A stretch of DNA of 64,000 bases from Candidatus Poribacteria bacterium (GCA_965205015.1 OZ242029.1:3840001-3904000); one strand, 5' to 3'; shown: positions 1-10,563, numbered from the stretch's first letter. Notes: generated by a model from the letters alone, not told the origin. Numbers and translations are program-made.

Positions 1-376
1 CTTCATGGATGCTACCTATCGAAACGTAGAAGGTGTTGGGGATCAGTTCGACTGCTCGTTGTCAGTTTTGGCAACTGTTGTGAGTCGGCCATCTCCAGAT
101 CGAATCATAGTAGATACAGGTTTGAAGGTGCTCGCGAAAGAGTTCGGGATTCCACAGCCGATGGGTATAGCAGGGGTGGAGATGACCGGACTCTCTGAAG
201 AGCACGGAAAGATGCAAGTATCGGATACCAACGTTTCCCTCACACCCGGGGATAAACTTGAGATTTTACCGACACACTGTTGTACGACAGTGAATCTCCA
301 CGACAGATATTACGGCATCCGTAACGGGATTGTTGAATCTGTGTGGGACATCGCAGCGAGAGGAAAAGCGCAGTAA
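1..376 (+). CDS. DSD1/D-threonine aldolase-family PLP-dependent enzyme, C-terminal part (5' truncated by window)
   Basis: [29 protein letters not shown] and W..ARG motifs of the D-serine dehydratase-like C-terminal domain. Confidence 0.85.
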   Translation, partial: FMDATYRNVEGVGDQFDCSLSVLATVVSRPSPDRIIVDTGLKVLAKEFGIPQPMGIAGVEMTGLSEEHGKMQVSDTNVSLTPGDKLEILPTHCCTTVNLHDRYYGIRNGIVESVWDIAARGKAQ

Positions 377-696
377 TGATTACGACAACTACGAATACCA
401 TTGAAGGCAGACAGATTCGACAATATCTCGGACTTGTTACAGGTGAAACTATCATGGGAGCGAATGTTATTAGCGACTTTATGGCAAGTATCACAGACTT
501 TGTCGGTGGACGTTCAGGCACTTATGAGAGCAAATTCTCGGAAGCGCGTGAAACAGCACTCCGAGAGATGGAAGAAGAAGCGAAGCGCAAAGGGGCAGAT
601 GCCGTAGTCGGTATTGACATCGATTATCAGGTCCTTGGTGCCAGTAACGGTATGCTGATGGTGACAGCGACTGGAACTGCCGTGAGGACTGGATGA
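376..696 (+). CDS. YbjQ/UPF0145 heavy-metal-binding domain protein
   Basis: [53 protein letters not shown]; ATG 376 overlaps the upstream TAA (TAATG). Confidence 0.92.
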   Translation: MITTTTNTIEGRQIRQYLGLVTGETIMGANVISDFMASITDFVGGRSGTYESKFSEARETALREMEEEAKRKGADAVVGIDIDYQVLGASNGMLMVTATGTAVRTG

Positions 697-702
697 ACTT
701 TT

Positions 703-787
703 GTGGGAGGGGTTTGTAACCCCGATTTCCTTTGGGATACGTGAAGGTAACAAATTCACCTAACGAACTACAAGGAGAAATTAAAAG
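703..787 (+). repeat. Family A ~85 nt element (degenerate copy), ending at the ATG of the next gene
   Basis: GTGG + hairpin GGGGTT-TGT-AACCCC ... TACGTGAA ... CACCTAACGAACTACAAGGAGAAATTAAAAG-ATG; matches the 3' ends at 33679-33707 and 45273-45302. Confidence 0.65.
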
Positions 788-1972
788 ATGAAAATGCGCC
801 CTTCTATAGTTAAATTAAACCCTATTCGGAAATTTGCTTACCTCTCCAGTTTGCTTGTTGCGAGTATCTTCATGCTGACACAGGTACCTGTGGAAGGCTA
901 CATCGCAAAACGTTACACCATCAGACAAATCGTTGCCGAAAGCACCAACATCGTATTCGGGACGGTCTCCGAGGTTAACGTCAAGCGACGGACGGCGAAG
1001 GTCAAAGTGGAAGAGAACCTTAAAGGCACCAGCGAATTTCAGGAGATTCGGATTCGGTTCGACGTCTACAAGGGAGAGGCAGATCATAGGGACGAAATTA
1101 TCCATTTCCTGAAAGCAGGCGAACCTATTATTGTCTTTTACCTGAAAGCAGGCGGACGCATTGACAGTCTGGCACATACAAGGGGGAGATGGTTCCAAAC
1201 GCAGGTCACAGCGAAAAACAGGGAACGCACAGAGTGGGGATGGTGGCTCTTTACACACTTTGAGAAATATCTCAACAGAGACAAGGTCTCCAGGCGAGAT
1301 TCAACCCCGGATTTTCAAGAGGAATTGCGTAATTTACTCAGCGGAGACGCCCTTGAACTGCTGCTACTCAAAACGGATAGATATGACTCAGAACCTCGCG
1401 CGATTGCCGAACTTGATGCTGTAGCAGACTTCGGTTTTGTGTATCATGCCACGAATGACCGTAATTTACCGACGCTCCGTGAAGCAGATATTCTATGGAT
1501 CGGTTTTCGATCGCTCTCCGAAGGGAGATACCGGCTTAACAAGAAACAGGAGAATCGGATTAAGGAATTCGTGAAAAACGGTGGTATTGTCATCGCCTCT
1601 GGACAGGATAGCGATAAGGAGCGTCCATGCGGTAGCGGTTGGTTACCCGAACCACTCACGGGTGTAGAAAGCCCATCTCGGAACGATTTCCGAACCACCT
1701 CTCAGGCGGGTGAACTGTTTAAGGCACCGAACCGTATCCGGTCAGGGCAACTTTCACTTGATGATTCATGGAAGGGGTGGAATGAGAAATATGAGATCCT
1801 CGCGACAACCAACGATGGCAAAGAGATCGTCGTCGCTAAGTTGAAACACGGCAAAGGGATATATCTGGTCACTAACCTCCACAATCAGAGGGACTCGCAG
1901 GTCTCTAAGAACCGTCGAATGCTTGAGAATTTGGTGCATTTCGCTGTAGGATTTTTAGAGACGTCTAAGTAG
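788..1972 (+). CDS. Secreted hypothetical protein with a C-terminal class I glutamine amidotransferase-like domain
   Basis: 394 aa ORF, N-terminal hydrophobic signal, IKEFVKNGGIVIASG and GKGIYLVT..RRMLENLV patterns. Confidence 0.6.
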   Translation: MKMRPSIVKLNPIRKFAYLSSLLVASIFMLTQVPVEGYIAKRYTIRQIVAESTNIVFGTVSEVNVKRRTAKVKVEENLKGTSEFQEIRIRFDVYKGEADHRDEIIHFLKAGEPIIVFYLKAGGRIDSLAHTRGRWFQTQVTAKNRERTEWGWWLFTHFEKYLNRDKVSRRDSTPDFQEELRNLLSGDALELLLLKTDRYDSEPRAIAELDAVADFGFVYHATNDRNLPTLREADILWIGFRSLSEGRYRLNKKQENRIKEFVKNGGIVIASGQDSDKERPCGSGWLPEPLTGVESPSRNDFRTTSQAGELFKAPNRIRSGQLSLDDSWKGWNEKYEILATTNDGKEIVVAKLKHGKGIYLVTNLHNQRDSQVSKNRRMLENLVHFAVGFLETSK

Positions 1973-1986
1973 CAGAGGAAAATCAG

Positions 1987-3630
1987 ATGAGAAACGCGAC
2001 CCGGATTTTTGGGATTTATGTGATTCCCATGATGAAATCTTCGATAATCGTGGTGAATCATAAAATCATAAAAACCGTAGTTCAGACTTTAACCCATAAC
2101 CGAAGACCGATAACTGCTTTTCTGAGTCTTTTCTTTCTTTTCTTTGCTTCTGCACGCCCTGCACACGCAGTCATTCCGCAATTACTCGGACCGCTCACGG
2201 CGTTGCTAAGCATCGTTCCACAGATCCTTGCTTTTGTTGGGGTCGCCCTTATCACTGGACTCGTGTTTGCACGAGACACGACCAAAATGCTTTTCTATAG
2301 GTTCCGGGACTTTGCGATTGCCCATAAAGTCACTGCTTCTGTCCTGAGTGTAATTTTCCTCGTTGGATTCGGGTGGGGTTCCTATACACTCATTCGGATG
2401 ACCTTAAGTCCAATGGCGTCATCCCGTGAAGCAAAGGTGCCCAGAACAGAAATAGGGAACAGACAGGCAAACAGGTCTTGGTCAAGTTTCCGAGGTGGGA
2501 AAAGTCGGACTGGACATGTGGACACCCTCCCAGGTCCAACGAGCGGAACCCCGGCATGGATTTTCAAAGATGAAGAGCCGATGGCGGTTGACTTCTCCTC
2601 GTCTCCAGCGGTTGTTGGGAACCGACTCTATATCGGTTCTTCGCACGGTTCCATCTTTTCGTTAGGCGGTGCGACTTACTGTATTGATACGGAATCGCAG
2701 AAGATCCTCTGGCGGCATACTTCCTCGATCCCAATATTTTCATCGCCTGCGGTTGCTGGCGGTCGGGTTTACATCGGTGAAGGGTATCACCACGACAGCA
2801 ATTGCCAGCTCCGGTGCCTTGATGCACGCACGGGTGAGCTCATTTGGTCATTCCAAACAGCGAGCCATGTTGAATCAACGCCGTTTATCAGTCAAGGAAA
2901 GCTCTACTTCACGGCAGGGGCTGATGGGGTCTACTGTATTGATGCGTTAGAGGGAAAACAAATTTGGCACTATCCAGAGATTCACGCCGACATGGCGCCT
3001 GTTGTGTATAACGATAAGGTCTACTTCGGCACAGGCTATGGAGATTATCGGATTTATGCCGTTGATGTGCAAACAGGTGCCGAGGTATGGTCGAAGCAGA
3101 TGCCGTATCCCGTGTGGGGGAGTCCGAGCGCAGACGAAGATATCGTCTTTTTTGGACTTGGCAGAGGCAATTTTTCCGAGAGTGCTCCGATACCCGCGGG
3201 TAAAGTTGTTGCACTTGACACCGAAACTGGCGATCTCGTATGGGAGCATGAGGCAGAGGATGCGGTCCTGACAGCCATCGCCGTTCAGAACGGTTATGTC
3301 ACTTTTGGTTCGCGCGATGGGTATGTTTATTCGCTCCAGTCAACAGATGGGGAACTCAACTGGAAAACTGACCTTGGTGGACCCGTTGTTTCCTCACCTG
3401 CTGTAACGATAGAGACTGTCTATGCGGCGACGAAAAACGGGTATATCTACGCCCTTTCCGCTGATAATGGAAAAGTGCAGTGGGAGTTTGATACGGGAAT
3501 TATTAACCGGAACATAGAACTGTATTCATCACCCGCGATTGCCAATGGTCTGCTCTACATTGGCTCCAGCGATCGCTATATTTTCTGTTTTGGTGGGGAT
3601 GAAGGTCGTGAAATGATTGGTAATCGGTGA
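1987..3630 (+). CDS. Membrane-anchored PQQ-binding-like (BamB-type) beta-propeller protein
   Basis: Repeated SSPAV/LYIGS/CLDA.TG..W units, W..FRGG..RTG start of the propeller, several N-terminal hydrophobic segments; exact start uncertain (1987 or 2029). Confidence 0.85.
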   Translation: MRNATRIFGIYVIPMMKSSIIVVNHKIIKTVVQTLTHNRRPITAFLSLFFLFFASARPAHAVIPQLLGPLTALLSIVPQILAFVGVALITGLVFARDTTKMLFYRFRDFAIAHKVTASVLSVIFLVGFGWGSYTLIRMTLSPMASSREAKVPRTEIGNRQANRSWSSFRGGKSRTGHVDTLPGPTSGTPAWIFKDEEPMAVDFSSSPAVVGNRLYIGSSHGSIFSLGGATYCIDTESQKILWRHTSSIPIFSSPAVAGGRVYIGEGYHHDSNCQLRCLDARTGELIWSFQTASHVESTPFISQGKLYFTAGADGVYCIDALEGKQIWHYPEIHADMAPVVYNDKVYFGTGYGDYRIYAVDVQTGAEVWSKQMPYPVWGSPSADEDIVFFGLGRGNFSESAPIPAGKVVALDTETGDLVWEHEAEDAVLTAIAVQNGYVTFGSRDGYVYSLQSTDGELNWKTDLGGPVVSSPAVTIETVYAATKNGYIYALSADNGKVQWEFDTGIINRNIELYSSPAIANGLLYIGSSDRYIFCFGGDEGREMIGNR

Positions 3631-3642
3631 TAAGGAGAAAAA

Positions 3643-4479
3643 ATGAACAAGTGTATTTTTCTTTTCGCAATCGCTCTGCTCGTTTTCGGCACCAATACGA
3701 TAGCAGATGCGCAGTGGCGCAGTAAAACGCACGATGTTTACAATGCCCTCACAGGGATCGACGTTAAAATTGACGGTGAGCTTGACGAATGGGAGGGGGT
3801 CCTTGAGACGGTCACTGGCACCGATGGAAAACCGTTTTGTGGTGTTGAATACTCTGGTAATGTATTTCAAGAGCACAATGGTGGCAAGTGGAAAGGCGCT
3901 GATGACCATGAGACCTGCTTCATGATTACCTGGGACGCGGAAGCTGTCTACATTGCACTCATTGTCACTGACGATGAACATGAACACGCTGCCGCAGCTG
4001 CATGGAACGGTGACGGGGCGCAACTCGCTTTTGAAATGAGTGGTAAACGGAGCCCTGGCATACAGATGTGGCTCTACAATGTCGGTTTAGATGATAAAGC
4101 AGAGAGCATTCTTCCAGTAGCACTCAATGAGAATCCCGGTGGGGCAGGTATTGCGCCTGATGACGATATCGTTGTTATCCGAAATGAAGCCGAAAAGAAG
4201 ACCTACTATGAACTCAGATTCACAGCCGAAGAGTTGCAGGTAAAAGGGGAAAAATTCAGCGAGAGCTTTGAATTCGGACTCGGCATCTGTGTCAATGACG
4301 GTGACAGAGAGGCAGGCCAGGAAGGGCAGAAGGGGTGGAGCGGTTGGTATACGCATTCTATCGTTTTTGGAAAGAACTCGGAGCATACGGGTTTGGTCGT
4401 TCTTACGAAGGAAGTACTTGCTGTCGAAGCCTCTCACAAGTTAGCCACGACATGGGGTACTTTAAAATCCGTCCGATGA
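3643..4479 (+). CDS. Secreted CBM9/DOMON-like sugar-binding protein with Poribacteria-type C-terminal tail
   Basis: Signal peptide, IDGELDEW, WD..AVYIALIVTDD, WNGDG, VNDGD; ends LAVEASHKLATTWGTLK; AAGGAG RBS. Confidence 0.75.
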   Translation: MNKCIFLFAIALLVFGTNTIADAQWRSKTHDVYNALTGIDVKIDGELDEWEGVLETVTGTDGKPFCGVEYSGNVFQEHNGGKWKGADDHETCFMITWDAEAVYIALIVTDDEHEHAAAAAWNGDGAQLAFEMSGKRSPGIQMWLYNVGLDDKAESILPVALNENPGGAGIAPDDDIVVIRNEAEKKTYYELRFTAEELQVKGEKFSESFEFGLGICVNDGDREAGQEGQKGWSGWYTHSIVFGKNSEHTGLVVLTKEVLAVEASHKLATTWGTLKSVR

Positions 4480-4494
4480 GAGACAAAAAATAGG

Positions 4495-4524
4495 AAAAGC
4501 CGCCTAAAATTGGCGGCTTTTTTT
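4495..4524. terminator. Bidirectional intrinsic terminator
   Basis: AAAAGCCGCC-TAAAATT-GGCGGCTTTTTTT between convergent genes. Confidence 0.85.
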
Positions 4525-4539
4525 ATCTGCTTGATAAAC

Positions 4540-5571
4540 CTAATGATCGTGATGGTTGGATTTGTGGTAATGTAATCGGAGCAGATCGACACCGAAATCG
4601 TCTGCGATGTGCCGCCACACGGAATGGATATGGTTCGCATCGTTTTGCGTATTGTCATATTCTACAAAGAAAAAGGGACCGTGTAGCCTATAGTAGTGTG
4701 GGGTTTTGGGGGTCTCTCCTCCCGCCCAAGCGAAATGGATATCGCTAACGTTCCCTTCGCGTAGTTTACGGAGTTCTATTTGGGCAACCTCGTCAGGCAG
4801 TCGATCGATGTATTCATGCACGAGGGTCATCAAGAGTTCACGCTGGGATGTTTCCATAGATTCTGCGGCTAATCCTTCAACAGCCTCAAACTCGACTTTA
4901 GGGACGTCGCGCGTCAAAATATCGGAGGGGGCATCGGCATTGATGATTGTTTGACGCTTTTGCGTGGCATTCAGACTTGTCAGGAGTTGGCGCGCAATAT
5001 CTTCCTCAGCGGAAAGGACTCTTAATCCCTTTTTCTCGCCTTGGGGCACCTCTGCCGGATTCGACCCGAAGAAAAACGGGTTTGGTGAAATCAGTTCGCG
5101 ATTGACGACCGTAAAGTTAAGCGAAACATGGTGTCCCTCAGCACGCCACCCCCAGGCGCCATTGCCGGTCGGATCACCGAATACGGTAAAAAAGTAGAGT
5201 CCAGGGTCTCGTACCAATCGCGCTTCCCCGGCGGCTTTTTCAATCTCGCCGAGCGTTGTTTCTAAATTAATAATTGCCCGGGCTTTCTGATACCCCTTCG
5301 CACTCAAGCCGCTTTCCATGAGAGCGAATGCTGCTGCCTGCTGTTTTGTATTCAGTTTATTGAGAGAAACGCCTTCCCGCTCCCACATTTCGATGGGAAT
5401 GTAGTGCCACCGGAACCGTTCATTTCCATCAAATGGAAGTGCTGCCTCTTGACGTAACGCCGGTGTTAATGTATCCAGAAAGTTGCCTGCTGCTCGCGCC
5501 ATCTGTTCCGCTGTCTCTGAAGCGGGAATAAACAAAGGTTTTTGTTCGGGATGGGTATGTGTGTGTGCCAC
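4540..5571 (-). CDS. DUF3500 domain protein
   Basis: W.Y.P..R.G, LSAKGY, WGWRAEGHHVSLN, FAWAG, YYRLHGP, VEYDN, NHIHSVWR..DFG; likely GTG start 5571 after GGAGG. Confidence 0.85.
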   Translation of the reverse strand: MAHTHTHPEQKPLFIPASETAEQMARAAGNFLDTLTPALRQEAALPFDGNERFRWHYIPIEMWEREGVSLNKLNTKQQAAAFALMESGLSAKGYQKARAIINLETTLGEIEKAAGEARLVRDPGLYFFTVFGDPTGNGAWGWRAEGHHVSLNFTVVNRELISPNPFFFGSNPAEVPQGEKKGLRVLSAEEDIARQLLTSLNATQKRQTIINADAPSDILTRDVPKVEFEAVEGLAAESMETSQRELLMTLVHEYIDRLPDEVAQIELRKLREGNVSDIHFAWAGGETPKTPHYYRLHGPFFFVEYDNTQNDANHIHSVWRHIADDFGVDLLRLHYHKSNHHDH

Positions 5572-5722
5572 AAAAAGTACCTCCATTAGCATAGGACGCC
5601 GATACGCAGCCCGCGTCCTACAAATCAAATTAATTGCGTTTGCCCTACGAGGAACTATTTTAAACGAACTACGCGTGAAAATCAAGTGCTTTAATAATTT
5701 TCAGCAGTAATATCAAAGATTC

Positions 5723-5751
5723 TTGACAATCGGCTACAAATTTTGTAAACT
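5723..5751 (+). promoter_or_regulatory. Sigma70-type promoter for the ECF operon
   Basis: TTGACA-17 bp-TAAACT. Confidence 0.65.
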
Positions 5752-5852
5752 TATTTAGATGGCTTCCGTTTAAGAGGTCAGAGGGAATAGAGGCGTAGGT
5801 TTGGATGTAGTGTCGCCTTCTTCGCATTGGATGTTAGCGGTTGCGGAGCGGT

Positions 5853-6452
5853 ATGTGTATAGCGGGAATTATGGACAAATTGATTGACGATGAAATGTTA
5901 GTTGCTCAGTTTCAATCCGGTCGCCAAAATGCTTTTGATGAGTTGATGAAACGCTATAAAGCCAAGATTTTCTCGTACCTTCTGCGTTCTGTCAGAAATT
6001 ATGAGGATGCTGAGGATATCACCATCGAAGTGTTTTTTAAGGCGTACCGCGCCCTTGAGAATTGGCAACCGAAAGCCAAGTTTTCAACATGGCTCTATAA
6101 GATCGCGTCTAATCTCGCTATTGACTATCACCGTACGAAAGCGCGGCATCCTGTTTCTGCCTTGGAGGACATGGAAATCCCTGAAGCGAACCTCGTTGCG
6201 ACGGATCTTTACAGCGACCCTGTCCAGCAGGTAGAAGATCAGGAACGCGGACGTATCATACGGGAGGCGATCGATCAGCTCTCCCCGAAACAGAAAGCCG
6301 TCTTTATGTTAAGTCGATATGAAGGTTTACACCTGAAAGAGGTCGCTGAAACGTTGGAGATGGCGGAAGGGACCGTAAAAATTCACCTTCACCGGGCAGT
6401 CAAACGTTTACAAACGTTGTTACGACCGCTCTGGGAAAATAATGAAATTTAA
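5853..6452 (+). CDS. ECF sigma-70 factor (RpoE/SigW-like)
   Basis: DAEDITIEVF, KFSTWLYKIASN, region 4 LSPKQKAVF..EVAETL..GTVKIHLHRA; start 5853 or 5871. Confidence 0.92.
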   Translation: MCIAGIMDKLIDDEMLVAQFQSGRQNAFDELMKRYKAKIFSYLLRSVRNYEDAEDITIEVFFKAYRALENWQPKAKFSTWLYKIASNLAIDYHRTKARHPVSALEDMEIPEANLVATDLYSDPVQQVEDQERGRIIREAIDQLSPKQKAVFMLSRYEGLHLKEVAETLEMAEGTVKIHLHRAVKRLQTLLRPLWENNEI

Positions 6453-6472
6453 AGAAAGGAGACGCATTTATT

Positions 6473-7093
6473 ATGCCTAAATGTATAAAATCTGGAGGGC
6501 AAGCGATTGATTATGCTTCTAAACTGCTGTCGCCAGAAGAAGTAGAGCCCTTTGAAGAACACCTTAAGAGCTGCCCTGACTGTACCGAAGCAGTTCAATC
6601 TTTTCGGACTGTCTTACAGTTGACAGACACGGCACAAGCGGAATTGCGTGTGCCTGAACTCGCGTTACAAGACATTGAAATGAACGTCTACAAACGTCTC
6701 GCCGCGGCACACGAGCAAACGCTGCTTTCGCGGGTGCGTGCATCCATTGCGAACTTCGGTTCCCTTTTCCGTTGGTATAGAATTGCTGCTGCTGCGAGCA
6801 CGATTGTTATTGCCATAATAACGATCACGCTTCTATGGGGAAGGTTTTTTCCAGATGCCGTACCGCCGCTGCCGGATGAGCAATCCGCTGTCGCCCGGAT
6901 CGAACAATATCGTCAACAAGATATCCAACGAAACTTAGAGGAGGCACTCATCACGCATCACCTCCGAAACGATGCCTGGGATACAGAAAGTCAGCTCTAC
7001 CGCATGAAAGAACAGGCAGATGGGACCGATTGGATGGCGGTTGCGGATGCCCATCTTCAGAACCTTCAATCTGGAACCTTGAATACACCATAG
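6473..7093 (+). CDS. Zinc-finger (zf-HC2) transmembrane anti-sigma factor
   Basis: HLKSCPDC (HxxxCxxC), one TM helix, directly downstream of the ECF sigma gene. Confidence 0.85.
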   Translation: MPKCIKSGGQAIDYASKLLSPEEVEPFEEHLKSCPDCTEAVQSFRTVLQLTDTAQAELRVPELALQDIEMNVYKRLAAAHEQTLLSRVRASIANFGSLFRWYRIAAAASTIVIAIITITLLWGRFFPDAVPPLPDEQSAVARIEQYRQQDIQRNLEEALITHHLRNDAWDTESQLYRMKEQADGTDWMAVADAHLQNLQSGTLNTP

Positions 7094-7159
7094 CGGAATA
7101 GCAAGCGTATTTCTAAATGACGAATCCCTCGGTCCCGCTTCTTTTTAAGGATTCCTAAA

Positions 7160-9148
7160 GTGGTAAATCAGGCAATGTGTCTAATAAGTAAAATTAAAAA
7201 ACTTCTCTCACACGTGCTGCTGATGTTTCTCCTCTGCGCGTTTGCTTATGCTCGCTTTGAAGAGGTACACGTCTTAATTGAGGCAGGACACTACACGGAA
7301 GCGAATGATAAACTCGAAGCACTTGCGGAATCTGCTAAAGATATTGCTGTGAAAAGTTGGTGTTATTATCAGATCGGTGAGATCCACTATAACTATACGC
7401 ACCAGTACAACAAAGCGATCGGGGCTTACGATAAAATTCTAAAACTTGAGGAAAACGGGCTTGCTGCTGAGGAGCTTTTCCTCGCCATTATCAAAAAAGG
7501 GGATGTCCATGCCCGCATGGGCAATTACCAGGACGCTATCCAAACTTACGATAGGTTGATTAAACTTGCCCCTGCTTCACATTTCGTGCATAAGACTGGC
7601 TTACAAAAGATACGGGATATTAACAACGCACTCGCTGACTTACGAGAACAGCAGCGTATTGCGATCCAGTATACAGGGACACCCCTTGCGGCTATCGCTC
7701 AATTTCAGATCGCTGAACTCTATCGGAATCATTCCCAACTCAATCAGCCTGAAAAGGCAATAGAAAAGTATGCGTCACTTCTCGAAGTGCACCCGAATGC
7801 GATTATGGCACCGGAAGCGAGATGGCGCATCGCGCATTTAAGGCATACCGTTCTGAACCAATCGGCTTTAGCAATGGCGACCTACAGAAAAGTCGTTGAG
7901 GATTACCCGACCAGCAATTTCGCTGCGGAGGCACTCTTTCAAATGGCAAGTATCCATCGCACAGCCGAGAAGTATTCATTGGCAATCCCCGTCTTTGAAA
8001 AATTGAAACAGAGGTACCCGAACTTCTGGAATATGCACGCTGTTCTCTATTGGACAGGTGTTTGTTATGAGAAAAGTTTAAACTATCCGAAAGCGATAGA
8101 GGCTTTTGAAACGTTCGTTCATGCCTATCTGCCCCAACTCGACCCAGGGTATTTAGGGCAGATCTCAATGCATGACAAAAGTGTGTCTGAGGTGAAGACA
8201 CAGATTGATCAGAAAATAGAGGCGCTCGCGGACCAGATGTCGGAAGTGGAATTAGAACGGTTGAACAAAGCGAGTGCAGATCGGAATTTTTCTGAAGCCT
8301 TAAGTATCGCTCGGCATCTCATCGCTACGGCACCGTATACCCCTCAAGCAGAGCGGGCAGCGGAACGACTTCCGACACTTCAGCAACTCACAGCCATCGA
8401 AAACCTGCGTGAGAAACTCCAAGACCAAAACTTGGTGCCGATAGAGGCAGCACGTGCGCGTTTGCAAATCGGGACCATCTATGAACGGAAACCTTTACAG
8501 GACTATCCGAAGGCAATTGCGGCGTATCAAGAGGTATTGAAATATCACGCCGAGTTGACGCATGCCGCCGAAGCACTCTACCGCAGTGGACGCATCTACG
8601 CTGAGCAACTCGCCACACCTAACGAAGCGATTCACGCTTACAAAAAGGTTATTGAAACGCATCCGAACACTTTACAAGCGATGATGGCAAATTTTCAGCT
8701 GGGTGAGCTTTACAGAGGACTTCATCGTTACAATGAGGCACTGCAAGCCTACGAAACGACGATCGGGTATCCAGAGCGGGATCGCTACATCGCAGGCGGC
8801 TATAAGGACAGTTTCGCCGATAGAGCGCAGTTTCGGATCGGACGTGTCCATTACGAGGACAGACGTTACAACGAGGCGCGTTTCGCTTTTGAGGAGTTCA
8901 TTCAAAACCGGACGCAGTCCCCCCGTCTCGCTGCTGCTTATATCTATCTGGCGGCTATCTGTGAAAATCGCAATGAAAACGCCCAAGCCGCTTACTATTA
9001 CAAAAGGGCGAAAAATCTACTCACAGACAACCCTGTGCAAATGACGACGCTCATAGAAGAAGCGAGGGGTCTCGGAAATCTACAAGTTGCCGCTGATTCA
9101 AATACAGTTATGCGGTTCCTTGAAGAAAAGCAGAAAAATCTTAAGTAA
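7160..9148 (+). CDS. Secreted multi-TPR protein (CpoB/BamD-like repeats)
   Basis: Signal peptide and many repeats of type A.F.IA..Y...KAI..Y..L...YP.S. Confidence 0.85.
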   Translation: MVNQAMCLISKIKKLLSHVLLMFLLCAFAYARFEEVHVLIEAGHYTEANDKLEALAESAKDIAVKSWCYYQIGEIHYNYTHQYNKAIGAYDKILKLEENGLAAEELFLAIIKKGDVHARMGNYQDAIQTYDRLIKLAPASHFVHKTGLQKIRDINNALADLREQQRIAIQYTGTPLAAIAQFQIAELYRNHSQLNQPEKAIEKYASLLEVHPNAIMAPEARWRIAHLRHTVLNQSALAMATYRKVVEDYPTSNFAAEALFQMASIHRTAEKYSLAIPVFEKLKQRYPNFWNMHAVLYWTGVCYEKSLNYPKAIEAFETFVHAYLPQLDPGYLGQISMHDKSVSEVKTQIDQKIEALADQMSEVELERLNKASADRNFSEALSIARHLIATAPYTPQAERAAERLPTLQQLTAIENLREKLQDQNLVPIEAARARLQIGTIYERKPLQDYPKAIAAYQEVLKYHAELTHAAEALYRSGRIYAEQLATPNEAIHAYKKVIETHPNTLQAMMANFQLGELYRGLHRYNEALQAYETTIGYPERDRYIAGGYKDSFADRAQFRIGRVHYEDRRYNEARFAFEEFIQNRTQSPRLAAAYIYLAAICENRNENAQAAYYYKRAKNLLTDNPVQMTTLIEEARGLGNLQVAADSNTVMRFLEEKQKNLK

Positions 9149-9234
9149 TCAAAATTATGGTAGCGTTGAACGCCTCTGAACTTTGCGATTCCATTTAACC
9201 AATCCTACCCAATTTCTGATACGTCCTCGTGCTA

Positions 9235-10563
9235 TCAGTTTTTTAAAGTTGAATGGAACTCCACAGGGTAAGGTGCTGCTGCTGTCAAACTTTTATGCGA
9301 ATCCGGCAATCTTTTCAGTTCTGCAGCTGCATGGGTCTGGATGTCATGCAGATTCGGAAAATCATATACCAACTCCCCATTTTGGATAATCGGAATTAGG
9401 AGTGGCTGTCCCTCGGGGGTCGGTTCATCCCAGGGTGTCACGCAATCTCTGACATAATTCCCATCAACATCGGCAACACGATACATCTGCTTTTTGCCCG
9501 GTATCGTGGCTTTAGAGGGCTCATCCAGCGACTGTTTCCCGACAGGTCGGCCATCGCTTTCGACCAACTTGTAAACACCACTGAGTGCAGAGGTTCCCCC
9601 TTCACCGGTCATCGAATCGAAGTTCGCACCCGTCGCGAGCCGTGTGCCGACGCCGAAGCTATCGATGGGCGCACCATTTTTGAGCAACGTGTCTATCTGA
9701 AATTCATCGAGTTCATGGCTGGCGATAATTTGGACATAATCGAGTCCTGCCGCATCAAGGATACGCCGGACCTTTTTACTGAGCGTTAAGAGGTTCCCAC
9801 TGTCCAATCGGACGGCACGCAATCGTACCCCGCGCGCCTCCATCTCCTTTGCGACAATGCAAGCATTACGCGCCCCCTGAAGTGTATTGTATGTATCAAT
9901 TAGGAGGGTTGTGTTGTTCGGAAAGGTAGTCGCGTAATCACGGAAGGCTTCTAACTCGGTAGGGCGTTCGGAGATGAACTTATGCGCCATCGTGCCAACG
10001 TAAGGTATATTGAAATAGTGGCCGGCAAGCACTAACGAGGTCCCGCTCGCGCCACCGATAAAAGAGGCACGAGCGGCGAGGATTCCGGCGTCCCTGCCGT
10101 GTGCTCGCCTTGCACCGAAGTCGAATACAGGTCTGCCTCGTGCGGCTTCTACTATCCGTGAGGTTTTCGTGGCAATCAGCGTCTGAAAGTTCATGACACA
10201 GAGCAGATAGGTCTCAAAAAGTTGGACATCTCTGGAGCGACCTGTGACATTGATAATCGGTTCATTGGGAAAAACGAGCGTGCCTTCAGGAACAGCGAAA
10301 ATGGAACCCTCAAAGCGGAAATCCTTAAGAACGGCAAGATAGTCAGAACTCAGATCGCCTCGGTGTGCCAACCAGTCGAGCGCAGCATCCGTGAAACGTA
10401 AATTTAAGACGTAATGGATAACCTGTTCCAATCCAGCGGCTATGAGATACTGTCCTTGTGGGACTTCTCGGACATAGTAGTTCGCTGTGACGATTGCCTT
10501 GTTCTGGGCATTGAAATCTGCCTGCCCCATCGTGAGTTGATAATAGTCAACGAAGAGTGCCAT
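9235..10563 (-). CDS. pncB: Nicotinate phosphoribosyltransferase
   Basis: DYYQLTM, DFGARRAHG, GTMAH, LLIDTY, VRLDSG, FGVGT, GVYKL; true start MALFVDYY at 10563. Confidence 0.95.
   Translation of the reverse strand: MALFVDYYQLTMGQADFNAQNKAIVTANYYVREVPQGQYLIAAGLEQVIHYVLNLRFTDAALDWLAHRGDLSSDYLAVLKDFRFEGSIFAVPEGTLVFPNEPIINVTGRSRDVQLFETYLLCVMNFQTLIATKTSRIVEAARGRPVFDFGARRAHGRDAGILAARASFIGGASGTSLVLAGHYFNIPYVGTMAHKFISERPTELEAFRDYATTFPNNTTLLIDTYNTLQGARNACIVAKEMEARGVRLRAVRLDSGNLLTLSKKVRRILDAAGLDYVQIIASHELDEFQIDTLLKNGAPIDSFGVGTRLATGANFDSMTGEGGTSALSGVYKLVESDGRPVGKQSLDEPSKATIPGKKQMYRVADVDGNYVRDCVTPWDEPTPEGQPLLIPIIQNGELVYDFPNLHDIQTHAAAELKRLPDSHKSLTAAAPYPVEFHSTLKN

Noticed and set aside
5588-5852. Riboswitch or ncRNA in the divergent spacer before the ECF sigma gene
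   Set aside because: Only a sigma70-like promoter is recognisable; no known RNA motif could be supported by eye.
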